A stretch of 64,000 nucleotides of DNA from NCBI GenBank assembly GCA_041746255.1, contig JBGTHM010000097.1, forward strand, positions 1 to 64,000, read 5' to 3'. The notes below the pieces were generated by a model. It saw nothing but the letters and a program-made list of their open reading frames with translations. It searched no databases and had not been told where the DNA came from. Within the stretch, counting starts at the first letter, position 1. Each line of letters starts with the position of its first letter. The translations under genes and the position numbers were made by a program. The DNA comes from Fibrobacteria bacterium. Its GTDB lineage: Bacteria; Fibrobacterota; Fibrobacteria; UBA11236. This document shows positions 48,016 to 56,814 of the stretch, piece after piece.

Positions 48016-49649
48016 TGGGCCTGTTTTTACCCTTGTTGCTGGCTGCCGGAACGGCCTGGAGTTGGAATTCCCAACTGCTGTTACCCGATGGCGGCGGATT
48101 CACCCGAGCAGTGGTTGAACGGGACAGCCTGGATTTCCGTCTGGCGGATTTCTCCTTTGCCGGATACCGGGCGGGAGAAGATTCCCTTCCCAACCGGAAA
48201 CCGGATATCACCTTGTCCCCGGAGACTGGGGATAATGTCAAACGCATCAACGATGCGATACGCAAGTTAGCCAAGCTTCCGACCGATTCGCGTGGGATAA
48301 GAGGCAAACTCCTTCTCAAAGCGGGTACCTGGGAAATCGGGGATGAAATCCGCATCTTCCATTCCGGCATCATACTGGCCGGTGAAGGCGCGGATAAAAC
48401 CTTCCTCTATGTGAATTCCCGGAAATTCGCCCGCAAGGCGGCCATCAGTGTTTCCGGACCCTCCTCAGAGGAATGGAAACGGATCCCGGCGGGAACCCAC
48501 CGCGCCAAAATGTTGGAGGATCCGCCCGATCAGGCCACCTTCGTGCGGGTAGAAACCGCCGACACTTTTAAACCCGGACAAATGGTGATTGTTCGACAAT
48601 GGCCGTCACGGGAATTCTCGCGCGCGCATGGCGCGGACGGCATCAAATTCTGGCCAGCGAGCCTGGATAATACCGCCATTAAATTTGCCCGGATGATTCG
48701 CGATGTACGCGGAGATACGCTTTTATTTACCGAACCCCTGCGCTATCCCCTCCATGTCCGTTATGGAGCCCATGTCTTTCCCGCGGCCTTCCTTCAGGAA
48801 GTGGGAATCGAGAATTTTTCCATCGGCTTCGCGAAAGGAGATGGCGTGGGAGGAATGGCAAGCACGAACCGCGCGGCGGCGATTTATATGAACGACGTGA
48901 TGAACGGGTGGGTTCGGGGGGTGAAATCTTACCAGCGCGACGAAAACAGCGCTCATTTGCAAAGCTATGGTATCACCTTGCGCGCATGCAAATGGATTAC
49001 CGTCCAGGATTGCTCCATGCAAGACCCTCAGAACAAAGGCGTGGGCGGCAACGGATATCTCTATAACCCCGTGACCAGCGACGCAATTCTGTTTCGGCGC
49101 TGCCGAGCTTCTGGAGGAAGGCATAATTTCGCCCTGCACTACAGTTCCAGCGGATGTGTTATCACCGACAGTTATTCCGCCTATTCGCGTTCCGATTTTC
49201 ATCAATTCCTTTCCACCGAAAATCTTTTCGATAACTTCACCCTGGAAGGGGATTCGCTTACTGCCGGTAACCGCGGCGATAAAAGCCAGGGTGCATGGTG
49301 GACCACCGCCAAGGCGACCCTGTGGAATCTCAAAGGCTCCGGAGCGGTGTACCTGAATTCATGGCATCGAGGCTATTTGATCGGCGTCGCTCCCGGCATT
49401 CGTGTGGGTACCGGTACCCAAAATATTTTGCAGGATTATGGAGATACCTATTTGCCGGAGCTCCAATGGGTCGAACCCGGCCCAGAGGGTGAAGCATTGG
49501 ATCCTCCTTCACTTTACGAATTCCAGCTTAAGGAACGCTTAAGTTCCGGAACCAGGGTTTTCCAAACCGACGCTTTGGTTGAGAGGGAAAATGCAACGCG
49601 AAACCTGGAGCCTCAGGATAGATTGAATATGGAGGATCATTCGCAATGA
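48015..49649 (+). CDS. Secreted/periplasmic beta-helix (pectate-lyase-3-like) glycan-active protein
   Basis: Signal peptide; DFSFAGY; ILAGEG; EVGIEN; GGNGYLY; GRHNF; ENLFDN; PPSLYEFQL. Confidence 0.72.
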   Translation: MGLFLPLLLAAGTAWSWNSQLLLPDGGGFTRAVVERDSLDFRLADFSFAGYRAGEDSLPNRKPDITLSPETGDNVKRINDAIRKLAKLPTDSRGIRGKLLLKAGTWEIGDEIRIFHSGIILAGEGADKTFLYVNSRKFARKAAISVSGPSSEEWKRIPAGTHRAKMLEDPPDQATFVRVETADTFKPGQMVIVRQWPSREFSRAHGADGIKFWPASLDNTAIKFARMIRDVRGDTLLFTEPLRYPLHVRYGAHVFPAAFLQEVGIENFSIGFAKGDGVGGMASTNRAAAIYMNDVMNGWVRGVKSYQRDENSAHLQSYGITLRACKWITVQDCSMQDPQNKGVGGNGYLYNPVTSDAILFRRCRASGGRHNFALHYSSSGCVITDSYSAYSRSDFHQFLSTENLFDNFTLEGDSLTAGNRGDKSQGAWWTTAKATLWNLKGSGAVYLNSWHRGYLIGVAPGIRVGTGTQNILQDYGDTYLPELQWVEPGPEGEALDPPSLYEFQLKERLSSGTRVFQTDALVERENATRNLEPQDRLNMEDHSQ

Positions 49650-50686
49650 TATCCAAATATTTTTTGTTCGGAATCCTCCTGATGGGAATCGTCTCAGCCG
49701 CCGAAAAGCTGGACGTATCCTTCGACAACCAGAATTTAGGAACTTATACGCGCTCGAAAATGCGCGTTGAATGGGCCGGTGAAAACTGGGACAACGGCCT
49801 GGGGGAAGGGCGCGGCCGCATCGTAGATGGCGCAAACGCCTATGCCGGCAAAGCGCTGGAAGTCCGCTACCTGGGTGGAAAATTCGGACCCGAAGCGGGT
49901 GTGCAATTCCAGGGGAATTTCACGGCAACAGACGCCGCCACCCTGGAATACCGCGTCAAATTTCCGGCGGGTTTCAAATGGACCAAAGGCGGAAAACTTC
50001 CCGGTTTATGCGGTGGGACTTGCAGCACGGGAGACGAGAATCCAACCGGGGCCAACGGCTGGAGCGCGCGTTATATGTGGAGAGAGAACGGGCAGGCTAT
50101 CCTTTATCTTTATCACATGAATTGGACCAACCACGGAGACCAACTCGATCTGAAGCTTTCCGGCGCGAATGTGCGATTCGAGACCGGCCGCTGGCATCAT
50201 CTCAAGCAATCCATTAAAATGAACACCCCGGACAAAAGAGACGGCCAAATCATTGTCTGGCTGGATGGTAAAGAGGTGTTACGCACAGCTTTCGTGAAGT
50301 TTCGCTCCGTCCCAACCTTGAAAATCAACAAGGTCTACTTTTCCACCTTCTTCGGAGGCAGCGATAACTCCTGGTCTCCTTCATCGGAACAAATCGCTTA
50401 TTTCGACGACTTTCATATCTATCCCGACAAGCCTTCCAGTGGCCTGGCATTCCAAGCCACCCAAAACGGATTGATCCGCTCCGCAACTCCCGGATGGACC
50501 CGCCTGACCGCCCCATCCCCAGTCGGCACCTGGATTCTTTCGGACTCCCGAGGAAAAACTTTTGGGCGGTACGATGGAGAAGTGCTTTCCCAAGGGAAAT
50601 GGATCTCCATGACTCCGGGAAACTATTATTGGCTATGGCATGAAAACAACGCGACGAATCCTGTCAGGACGGTCCCCCACCGTTAA
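49646..50686 (+). CDS. Secreted PL14-like polysaccharide (alginate/glucuronan-type) lyase
   Basis: YRVKF..GF.WTKGGKLPGL.GG, GWSARYMWR, FSTFFGG, YFDDF. Confidence 0.88.
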   Translation: MISKYFLFGILLMGIVSAAEKLDVSFDNQNLGTYTRSKMRVEWAGENWDNGLGEGRGRIVDGANAYAGKALEVRYLGGKFGPEAGVQFQGNFTATDAATLEYRVKFPAGFKWTKGGKLPGLCGGTCSTGDENPTGANGWSARYMWRENGQAILYLYHMNWTNHGDQLDLKLSGANVRFETGRWHHLKQSIKMNTPDKRDGQIIVWLDGKEVLRTAFVKFRSVPTLKINKVYFSTFFGGSDNSWSPSSEQIAYFDDFHIYPDKPSSGLAFQATQNGLIRSATPGWTRLTAPSPVGTWILSDSRGKTFGRYDGEVLSQGKWISMTPGNYYWLWHENNATNPVRTVPHR

Positions 50687-50717
50687 AGCCGATTCCCCAA
50701 CTCGGGAAGGAGAACTC

Positions 50718-52412
50718 GTGATCCGGCCCACCCAAGCTGAAAAAATCGCACAAGTGCTCGAACGGAGAATCCAGGACGATTCCAGTCCCGTTCTGCCGCC
50801 CATGCGAACTTTAGCCCAAGAATACCGGGTTTCCTTGAATACCGTTCACAAAGCCGTTGCCCGTCTGAAAAGCCTGGGAATGGTGGAGGTCTACCAGGGC
50901 GGGAAAATCCGGATTCAGGGTCGACATAGCAGCGCCGAATTAGAGTGGCGTCCCAAACCCACTTCTCGCGAATTCATCTATCAATTCGTTCGTGATCGGA
51001 TTTGCAGTGGAGTCTATCCCATCGGCAAACCTCTGCCCAAGGTGGCTTATCTGGCTTCCAGTCAAAATCTTTCGCACCATGCCGTTACGGCTTCTTATCG
51101 TCGTCTGGAAACCGAAAATCTGGCGCGTAAAGAAGGCCGGCTCTGGATGGCCGGTCCGCGACCGCCCAAAGTGGAAGCGGAATTTCTGAGGCAACCCGTA
51201 ATTGTGCTGCTACAATCCCATGAGGATTTTTGGATTCACACGGCTCAGCGCCCGTTTTTCGAATCCTTCTGCCGCAGTTTTCAGGCCGAAATGGAAGCCG
51301 CCGGCGTGCAATTGATGCCCGCATTGTTTTCCGAACGCGGAGAAGCGGGAGGAGGCCTTCCGGCAGGACAGATTGCCGTATTCACTTTGATTCGCTCCTT
51401 GGGGACACGCTATCGGGGCGCTTTGATTCTCAATGCCGCCAAAGAGGTGAGGGACTTGGAAAAGTGGGTACAAGGGCTCTCCCGGTTCAATCGACCGGTA
51501 ATCTGGTTCGACCGCCTTAAAGAAAACCCCAAATTCCGTACCCGCTCCAGCCAATTTACCCGCTGCCATAGCGCCGAGGATCGCGCCGTGGATCAGGTGG
51601 TCACCTTCCTTACCGGCCTGGGGCACCGCCACATGGCGTATGCCGCATTGAGTCGGGAAAAATGGGCCGCTTATCGCGGAGACCTTATCCGGCAGGTTTT
51701 GCGGGAGAGGGTTCCCGGCGGTGAATTGCACCTGGCGGAAAAAGATTCCCGAATTTTTCTGGAAGGGCCGATGCCGCAAAGAATGGCCGCCTTGAAGGCC
51801 GTATCGGAATCGGAAACCGTTCCGGCCGCGGTCCGGAAAGCCATTCGTTTGCTGGCCAAGCTCAAAGATGAGAACGGTGAAAAACTGCCGTGGAAAATCC
51901 GTACGGCCTACAGCGAAGACCCTTGGCAAGGGGTGGCGGCGTTACTGGAAGAAATTGAAGCCGACCCCCATCGCGTACCCCCCCTGCTGGAACTGTTTCC
52001 TTCTTACCGCAACCTGCCCTGGCTGGTGATGCTCTATCCCTTGCTGAGATCCATTTTGGAAAACCCCCTTATTACAGCCATAATCGCACCCAATGACTTT
52101 CTCGGCCATAAACTCAACTACTGCTTAAAAGCCATGGGTATCGCGGTACCCCAGAAAATCTCCCTGATTTCCTTCGACAATCAATGGTTCCTGCAAAGCC
52201 TGCCGGTGACCACGGTGGATTTCGGCTATTCCTATCTCGGGTTCGCGGCTTTCCACCAAATCGCCCAGGATATCGACTTGAAAGTGATTGACGGCAATAT
52301 TCCGGCCCAACCCCGGATCATGCACCGGGGATCGGTGGCGGCACCCTCCAAGTTTTACCCGGATCCGGTTGAAATATCAGCCTCCCGGAGAGAGTCCAAA
52401 CAAAGGAGATGA
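50718..52412 (+). CDS. Transcriptional regulator with two tandem GntR wHTH domains and a LacI-type sugar-binding domain
   Basis: LPPMRTLAQEYRVSLNTVHKA and LPKVAYLA...SHHAVTASY; LGHR; ND...G..VPQKISLISFDN; RBS GAAGGAG before GTG 50718. Confidence 0.85.
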   Translation: MIRPTQAEKIAQVLERRIQDDSSPVLPPMRTLAQEYRVSLNTVHKAVARLKSLGMVEVYQGGKIRIQGRHSSAELEWRPKPTSREFIYQFVRDRICSGVYPIGKPLPKVAYLASSQNLSHHAVTASYRRLETENLARKEGRLWMAGPRPPKVEAEFLRQPVIVLLQSHEDFWIHTAQRPFFESFCRSFQAEMEAAGVQLMPALFSERGEAGGGLPAGQIAVFTLIRSLGTRYRGALILNAAKEVRDLEKWVQGLSRFNRPVIWFDRLKENPKFRTRSSQFTRCHSAEDRAVDQVVTFLTGLGHRHMAYAALSREKWAAYRGDLIRQVLRERVPGGELHLAEKDSRIFLEGPMPQRMAALKAVSESETVPAAVRKAIRLLAKLKDENGEKLPWKIRTAYSEDPWQGVAALLEEIEADPHRVPPLLELFPSYRNLPWLVMLYPLLRSILENPLITAIIAPNDFLGHKLNYCLKAMGIAVPQKISLISFDNQWFLQSLPVTTVDFGYSYLGFAAFHQIAQDIDLKVIDGNIPAQPRIMHRGSVAAPSKFYPDPVEISASRRESKQRR

Positions 52413-52621
52413 CATCCCCTTGATATCCTTGCCCACCAGGCCTCAGTCCCGCAGCGAACTTCGCTGGTGTTGGGAATCCCACCTCCCTGGCGCGCCATTA
52501 TTCCGGGCGAAAATCCTCTTTAGAAATTACCCGTATTTGAGTCTATCGTTTAAGGAATTAATCGCTTGCACGCAAAAACCGGCAACTGAATAGTATGCAT
52601 CCGTATAGTTTAACTTTTAGC

Positions 52622-53518
52622 ATGGATACCCAGAAATCAGCTGGCCCGGAGGGTGAACCTCCCGGGTCGGATTCCCCCAAACTTTCCCTGTTCGGCTATA
52701 CCGATTTCCGCGCTTTCCTGAAAGAGTGGTATCGGTTACGCAAAGAAAAAGATCCGAAATTTTCTTATCGTAAACTGGCCGGGCTGGTGGGATTCAAGTC
52801 AGCCGGACATTTCAGTCTCATCCTTGGCGGCAAAGCCAATCTATCCCTGAGACTGCTGGATCGGTTTGTACGCATTCTGGAAATGAACCAAAAGGAAACC
52901 GACTATTTCCAGGCTTTGGTTCTGTATAATCAAGCCAAGGGATTCGACGAAAAAAAACGCCAATTCGAGCGAATGCGTTCCTTTCAGGAGTTCCGGCTAC
53001 AGGTTATCGAACCGGCTCAATACGAATTTTTCGCGAAGTGGCATCATTCCGCCGTGAGGGAGGCTCTGGCTATCATCCCATTCCGGGACGATTATGCTGC
53101 GCTCGCGCGGATGATTGAGCCCTCCATCACACCCGAAGAGGCGAGCAAATCCGTAGCGTTGCTTTGCCGTTTGGGGATGGTGGTACGCAATGCGCAAGGC
53201 GTGCACCGGAGGGTGGAGCCGCTGCTCTCCTCGGGGCCAGATGCGCCTGCGGTAACCGTCAATGAATTCCTCGACCAATCCCTGGAATTGGCCCGTAACG
53301 CTCTGGCCAGAATGTCCCGGGAAGAACGCATGTTATCCGCTACCACTTTATCGATTTCTTCACAAACCTTCGGGATTATCCGCGAGGAAATCCGGACGCT
53401 TCGGAAACGCATTCTGAATCTGGCGAAAAAGGACGAAAGTCCTGATCGGGTCTACCAGATACAGCTTCATGCTTTTCCGCTTTCACAGCGTTTCGTGCCG
53501 AAAGGAAAAAACTTATGA
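52622..53518 (+). CDS. TIGR02147/DUF4423-family protein
   Basis: YTDFRAFL...FSYR.LA..VGFKS...G..NLS...YFQALVLYNQA...W.H..VRE...FPLS; the start may instead be 52595. Confidence 0.88.
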   Translation: MDTQKSAGPEGEPPGSDSPKLSLFGYTDFRAFLKEWYRLRKEKDPKFSYRKLAGLVGFKSAGHFSLILGGKANLSLRLLDRFVRILEMNQKETDYFQALVLYNQAKGFDEKKRQFERMRSFQEFRLQVIEPAQYEFFAKWHHSAVREALAIIPFRDDYAALARMIEPSITPEEASKSVALLCRLGMVVRNAQGVHRRVEPLLSSGPDAPAVTVNEFLDQSLELARNALARMSREERMLSATTLSISSQTFGIIREEIRTLRKRILNLAKKDESPDRVYQIQLHAFPLSQRFVPKGKNL

Positions 53519-54816
53519 GCATATGGATGAAATTTCTGACGGCGATTTTTTCCACCGGGTTTTTCTTCGCCGGTTGTCAACCGGAGCGGCTTGCCGGAGG
53601 CGGAGGCAGTGAAGTCGAAGGCATTACAGTGGAAGGAGTCGCGTATTATCCTACGGGTATGCCCGCAAGCTCGGCTCGGGTCCGCATCCGACCTTGGGAT
53701 TACCTACCCTTGGATTCGGATACGACCCTAGGAGCGGGCGAATGGCGCTTTGACCTGGCAACCGACTCATCGGGACGTTTCCGTGCGGATGGTTTAGTAC
53801 CCGGCGAATACCTTCTGGAAGTAGACGATGGTTTGGACTGGGGGATGGTCGGCAACATCCGGGACGAAGACCTCGATGGTGTGGTTCGCATTTCCGCCGA
53901 AATGAAACCCCATGGATCGGTTTACGGAAGGGTGACCGATTCTACAGGTGATGGAATCGCCGGCGCCTGGGTAGCCGTCTATGGCCTGGAGCGGGCTACC
54001 GAAACCGATGGGAACGGGTTTTATCAACTGCAATCCCTACCCGCCGGCAATCTGAACCTGCGCGCGATTGCAGCTGAAGCGGGGCTGGCTTCCCGCGAAA
54101 AATCCGGCGTAAAGGTCGAGCCGGAGAAAGCGACCCAAACCAATTTCGTCGTGGAGCGTAGTCTGACCAACGGTTTGATCGGGCATTGGACATTCGACGG
54201 AGGCGATGGTCCGCTGGCAGCGGAAGCCCATGGAAGCACTGCACGCGTGGATTTGAAAAGGTCCAATTGGGGGCCGGGGGTGATGGGCGCAGCGCTTGAC
54301 CTGACCGGGCAATCCACGGTGTATGTCCCCGAATCCAAATCGGCGATGTTCGCAATCGACAAAGACTCCGATTTTTCCGTATCCCTCTGGTTCCGCACCA
54401 GCGGGGACTCCGGGGCAGCGAAGCGAACCGTATTGATAGACTCCCGATCCCAACGCTGCCCATCAGGCTATGGGTTACGCTTGTTGGCTAACGGGACGGT
54501 GGAATTCGTGGTACGGGGACTGGACCAAGCAAAAATATGGAAGTTGCGCAGTCCCGAAGGGCTGACCGACGGAAGTTGGCATCATGTGACGGGAATGAAA
54601 GTAGCCGATTCCCTGAAATTATGGGTGGATGGAATTCCGGTCGCCACGGGACCCGGTTCCACCGGAAAGCTGGCGACGGGGAATCGCTTGCATTTTGGCA
54701 ACCAGGAGGGTCTCACCGAATTTTTCATGGGTTCCCTGGACGAAATTAGAATCTACAACCGGGCATTAACCAAAAGGGAAATAATGGAATTGGCGGTGCT
54801 ACCCAAAAGCAAATAA
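53515..54816 (+). CDS. Lipoprotein with carboxypeptidase-regulatory-like domains and C-terminal LamG domain
   Basis: Lipobox FAGC then ERLAGGGGSE; TDSSGRF; GLIGHWTFD...WHHV...GSLDEIRIYNRAL; ATGA-coupled to the TIGR02147 gene. Confidence 0.82.
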   Translation: MSIWMKFLTAIFSTGFFFAGCQPERLAGGGGSEVEGITVEGVAYYPTGMPASSARVRIRPWDYLPLDSDTTLGAGEWRFDLATDSSGRFRADGLVPGEYLLEVDDGLDWGMVGNIRDEDLDGVVRISAEMKPHGSVYGRVTDSTGDGIAGAWVAVYGLERATETDGNGFYQLQSLPAGNLNLRAIAAEAGLASREKSGVKVEPEKATQTNFVVERSLTNGLIGHWTFDGGDGPLAAEAHGSTARVDLKRSNWGPGVMGAALDLTGQSTVYVPESKSAMFAIDKDSDFSVSLWFRTSGDSGAAKRTVLIDSRSQRCPSGYGLRLLANGTVEFVVRGLDQAKIWKLRSPEGLTDGSWHHVTGMKVADSLKLWVDGIPVATGPGSTGKLATGNRLHFGNQEGLTEFFMGSLDEIRIYNRALTKREIMELAVLPKSK

Positions 54817-54838
54817 CCGTCCACACGCTCAGTTCGCA

Positions 54839-56233
54839 TCAACCTTTTGCGCGTTCGCGCCAATCCGGCCCCAGAAGTTCGCGCATTTTGTCATCTATCT
54901 GGTAACCCAGATAATACGCATCGTCCGGACGGGCTACGCGTAACAATCCTTCCCCCGCGTAAGCCAGCGTCGAGTGCTTCCGCTCTTCAGGCTTCATTCC
55001 CTCGCCGACGGCCACGGCCTTGCGGCCGCCTTCCAGCGCCTTAGGCCACTGTTTCGTCCTCTCATATCCATAGGCGGCCATGCGCCAGCATTCCAGCAGC
55101 ATCAAAGCATCGCCGGCGCTTTCCGCAATCGGCGCGGTCTCCTCGTAGAGCAGCGCCGCCTCGGCCCATCGCTCTTGCTCTACCATTACCGCCGCCTGAC
55201 CGAAGCGCGCCTGCACCTGGAATTTTTCCGCGCTCTCGGCCATATCGTTGCCTTCACTCGTCTTCAACTTCAGCGCCGACTTCTCCGCCTCGACGTATCC
55301 TCGATAGGCTTTCTCCCCTTGCTGCTTGCCGAAATAAGCGGCGCTTAAAGCCAGCCATACCCCGAATTCCAATTGCGGCCAATTCTGCGCCTGCGTCAAT
55401 GCCAAAGCCTTGTCTCCCAATGCCTGGGTTTTCGGTAAATCGCCTTCCCCCGCAGCCGCCGTCATGGCCGTGAACAGTTTTCGGAATTCATCTCCGGGTC
55501 CCTCTCCTTCTACCGCCTCGGCGGCTTCCTGTGCCGCCCCTTTCATGTCGAGATTCAACGGCACAAACCCCAATTTGGACGAACCCGTGGCCGCAAGCCA
55601 ATCCAATGTGGGTGATTGCAGAGAGTCCACCACCACAACCCTTACCCCTTCCGGTAGCGTGTCTTTTTCCACCAAGTGGAACAACCACCGCTGCCAGGCG
55701 TCCCCATCGGCGACATCGACCGGAGTCAATAGAAACACGACATGTTGAAACCCTTGTGAGTGATGCGCTAAAAAAGATTCGGCGACTCGAACCAGGTATT
55801 TCCGATCGGATTCATCCGGGAGAGCCTGAGGACACATCCAATCAAACTCCATACCCGCATAGGCCTCCATCTCATTTTGCAGGGCTGCTTTATCCTCCGG
55901 TTTTACACTGTCGTCTTCGACGGATTCTGCGGCCTTAATCCGATCCGCTTCCACTCCCGCTTTAACCTCCTGGTATTGCGCTTCGATTTCCTGAACCAAA
56001 GCGAATCCATGGGTTTTGGGATCGGAAAACGCGGCGTCCAAACGGAAAAACATTTCCGGGGTTTCACTGGTTTCCAAGGATTCGGCCTGCTCGAAAACCT
56101 CCACCATGCGCAACTCTTCGGCCGTTCCCTGCCAGCATAATAAGCGAGGCTCAGGGTCGGAAATAAAGGCATCCCATTGCTCGACCATCCGTTCCAGGCG
56201 TTTTTCGATGGGATTGGGCGCGGCAGTACTCAT
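54839..56233 (-). CDS. Hypothetical cytoplasmic protein with C-terminal TPR-like helices; possibly T6SS/Rhs-associated
   Basis: Acidic, Ala-rich helical protein. NPIEKRL...W N-terminus and LECWRMAA...STL.YAG C-terminus resemble, from memory, proteins encoded near vgrG/Rhs genes; unverified. Confidence 0.6.
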   Translation of the reverse strand: MSTAAPNPIEKRLERMVEQWDAFISDPEPRLLCWQGTAEELRMVEVFEQAESLETSETPEMFFRLDAAFSDPKTHGFALVQEIEAQYQEVKAGVEADRIKAAESVEDDSVKPEDKAALQNEMEAYAGMEFDWMCPQALPDESDRKYLVRVAESFLAHHSQGFQHVVFLLTPVDVADGDAWQRWLFHLVEKDTLPEGVRVVVVDSLQSPTLDWLAATGSSKLGFVPLNLDMKGAAQEAAEAVEGEGPGDEFRKLFTAMTAAAGEGDLPKTQALGDKALALTQAQNWPQLEFGVWLALSAAYFGKQQGEKAYRGYVEAEKSALKLKTSEGNDMAESAEKFQVQARFGQAAVMVEQERWAEAALLYEETAPIAESAGDALMLLECWRMAAYGYERTKQWPKALEGGRKAVAVGEGMKPEERKHSTLAYAGEGLLRVARPDDAYYLGYQIDDKMRELLGPDWRERAKG

Positions 56234-56266
56234 AGGTCAAATTTAATCAATCCCCGACCGGTTTCG

Positions 56267-56282
56267 TGTGATTGCCGTCAAT
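56267..56282. promoter_or_regulatory. CRP/FNR-type box upstream of the 54839..56233 gene
   Basis: TGTGA-TTGCCG-TCAAT, same arms as the 3735 box; minus-strand TAAATT (56245..56240) lies 21 nt away. Confidence 0.55.
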
Positions 56283-56376
56283 CCCTCATACCCCGCACCA
56301 GAGTGTATTTTTCGGGACGAAAGGCTGGGCTTCGCGGGCGCGGGGCTGGCCCTGAACTCCAACCTGGGATACTCGC

Positions 56377-56814
56377 ATGTCTTTCTTAACCTCGAATTCC
56401 GTTAAATACGTGGGTGCGATTTTGGCCATGGTCTGGGCGGTGATCTACCTGGCCAATAGGAACGGCTCCGATCAATTTGAGCCCGGCCCGGAAATCCATG
56501 ACCAGGGCCACATTACGCGGATTTATGGTTTTGAGCCCAGCACAAAAAAAAGAGTCAACCTGCTTTCCACCGGCCTGCATACTCTTAGAATCCGCTCTAT
56601 CGAATCAAGAGGAGGCATCGCTTACGAGATCGCTGCGAAAAATTATCCGGAAACCCTGGTTTATAAAGTCGACTCGTCAACCGCCCCTGCCTTAGCAGTA
56701 GGTGATAAGGTCGACTTGGTGCATATGGATATCCCGATGGGTTACCGGGAGCGGGAAGTCATGGTATTGTACATCCAAAAACAGGAGGCGGCCCCGGAAG
56801 ACCCAGGGCCCTAG
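56377..56814 (+). CDS. Hypothetical protein with N-terminal membrane anchor
   Basis: 145-aa ORF filling the gap between genes; one hydrophobic helix. Confidence 0.6.
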   Translation: MSFLTSNSVKYVGAILAMVWAVIYLANRNGSDQFEPGPEIHDQGHITRIYGFEPSTKKRVNLLSTGLHTLRIRSIESRGGIAYEIAAKNYPETLVYKVDSSTAPALAVGDKVDLVHMDIPMGYREREVMVLYIQKQEAAPEDPGP

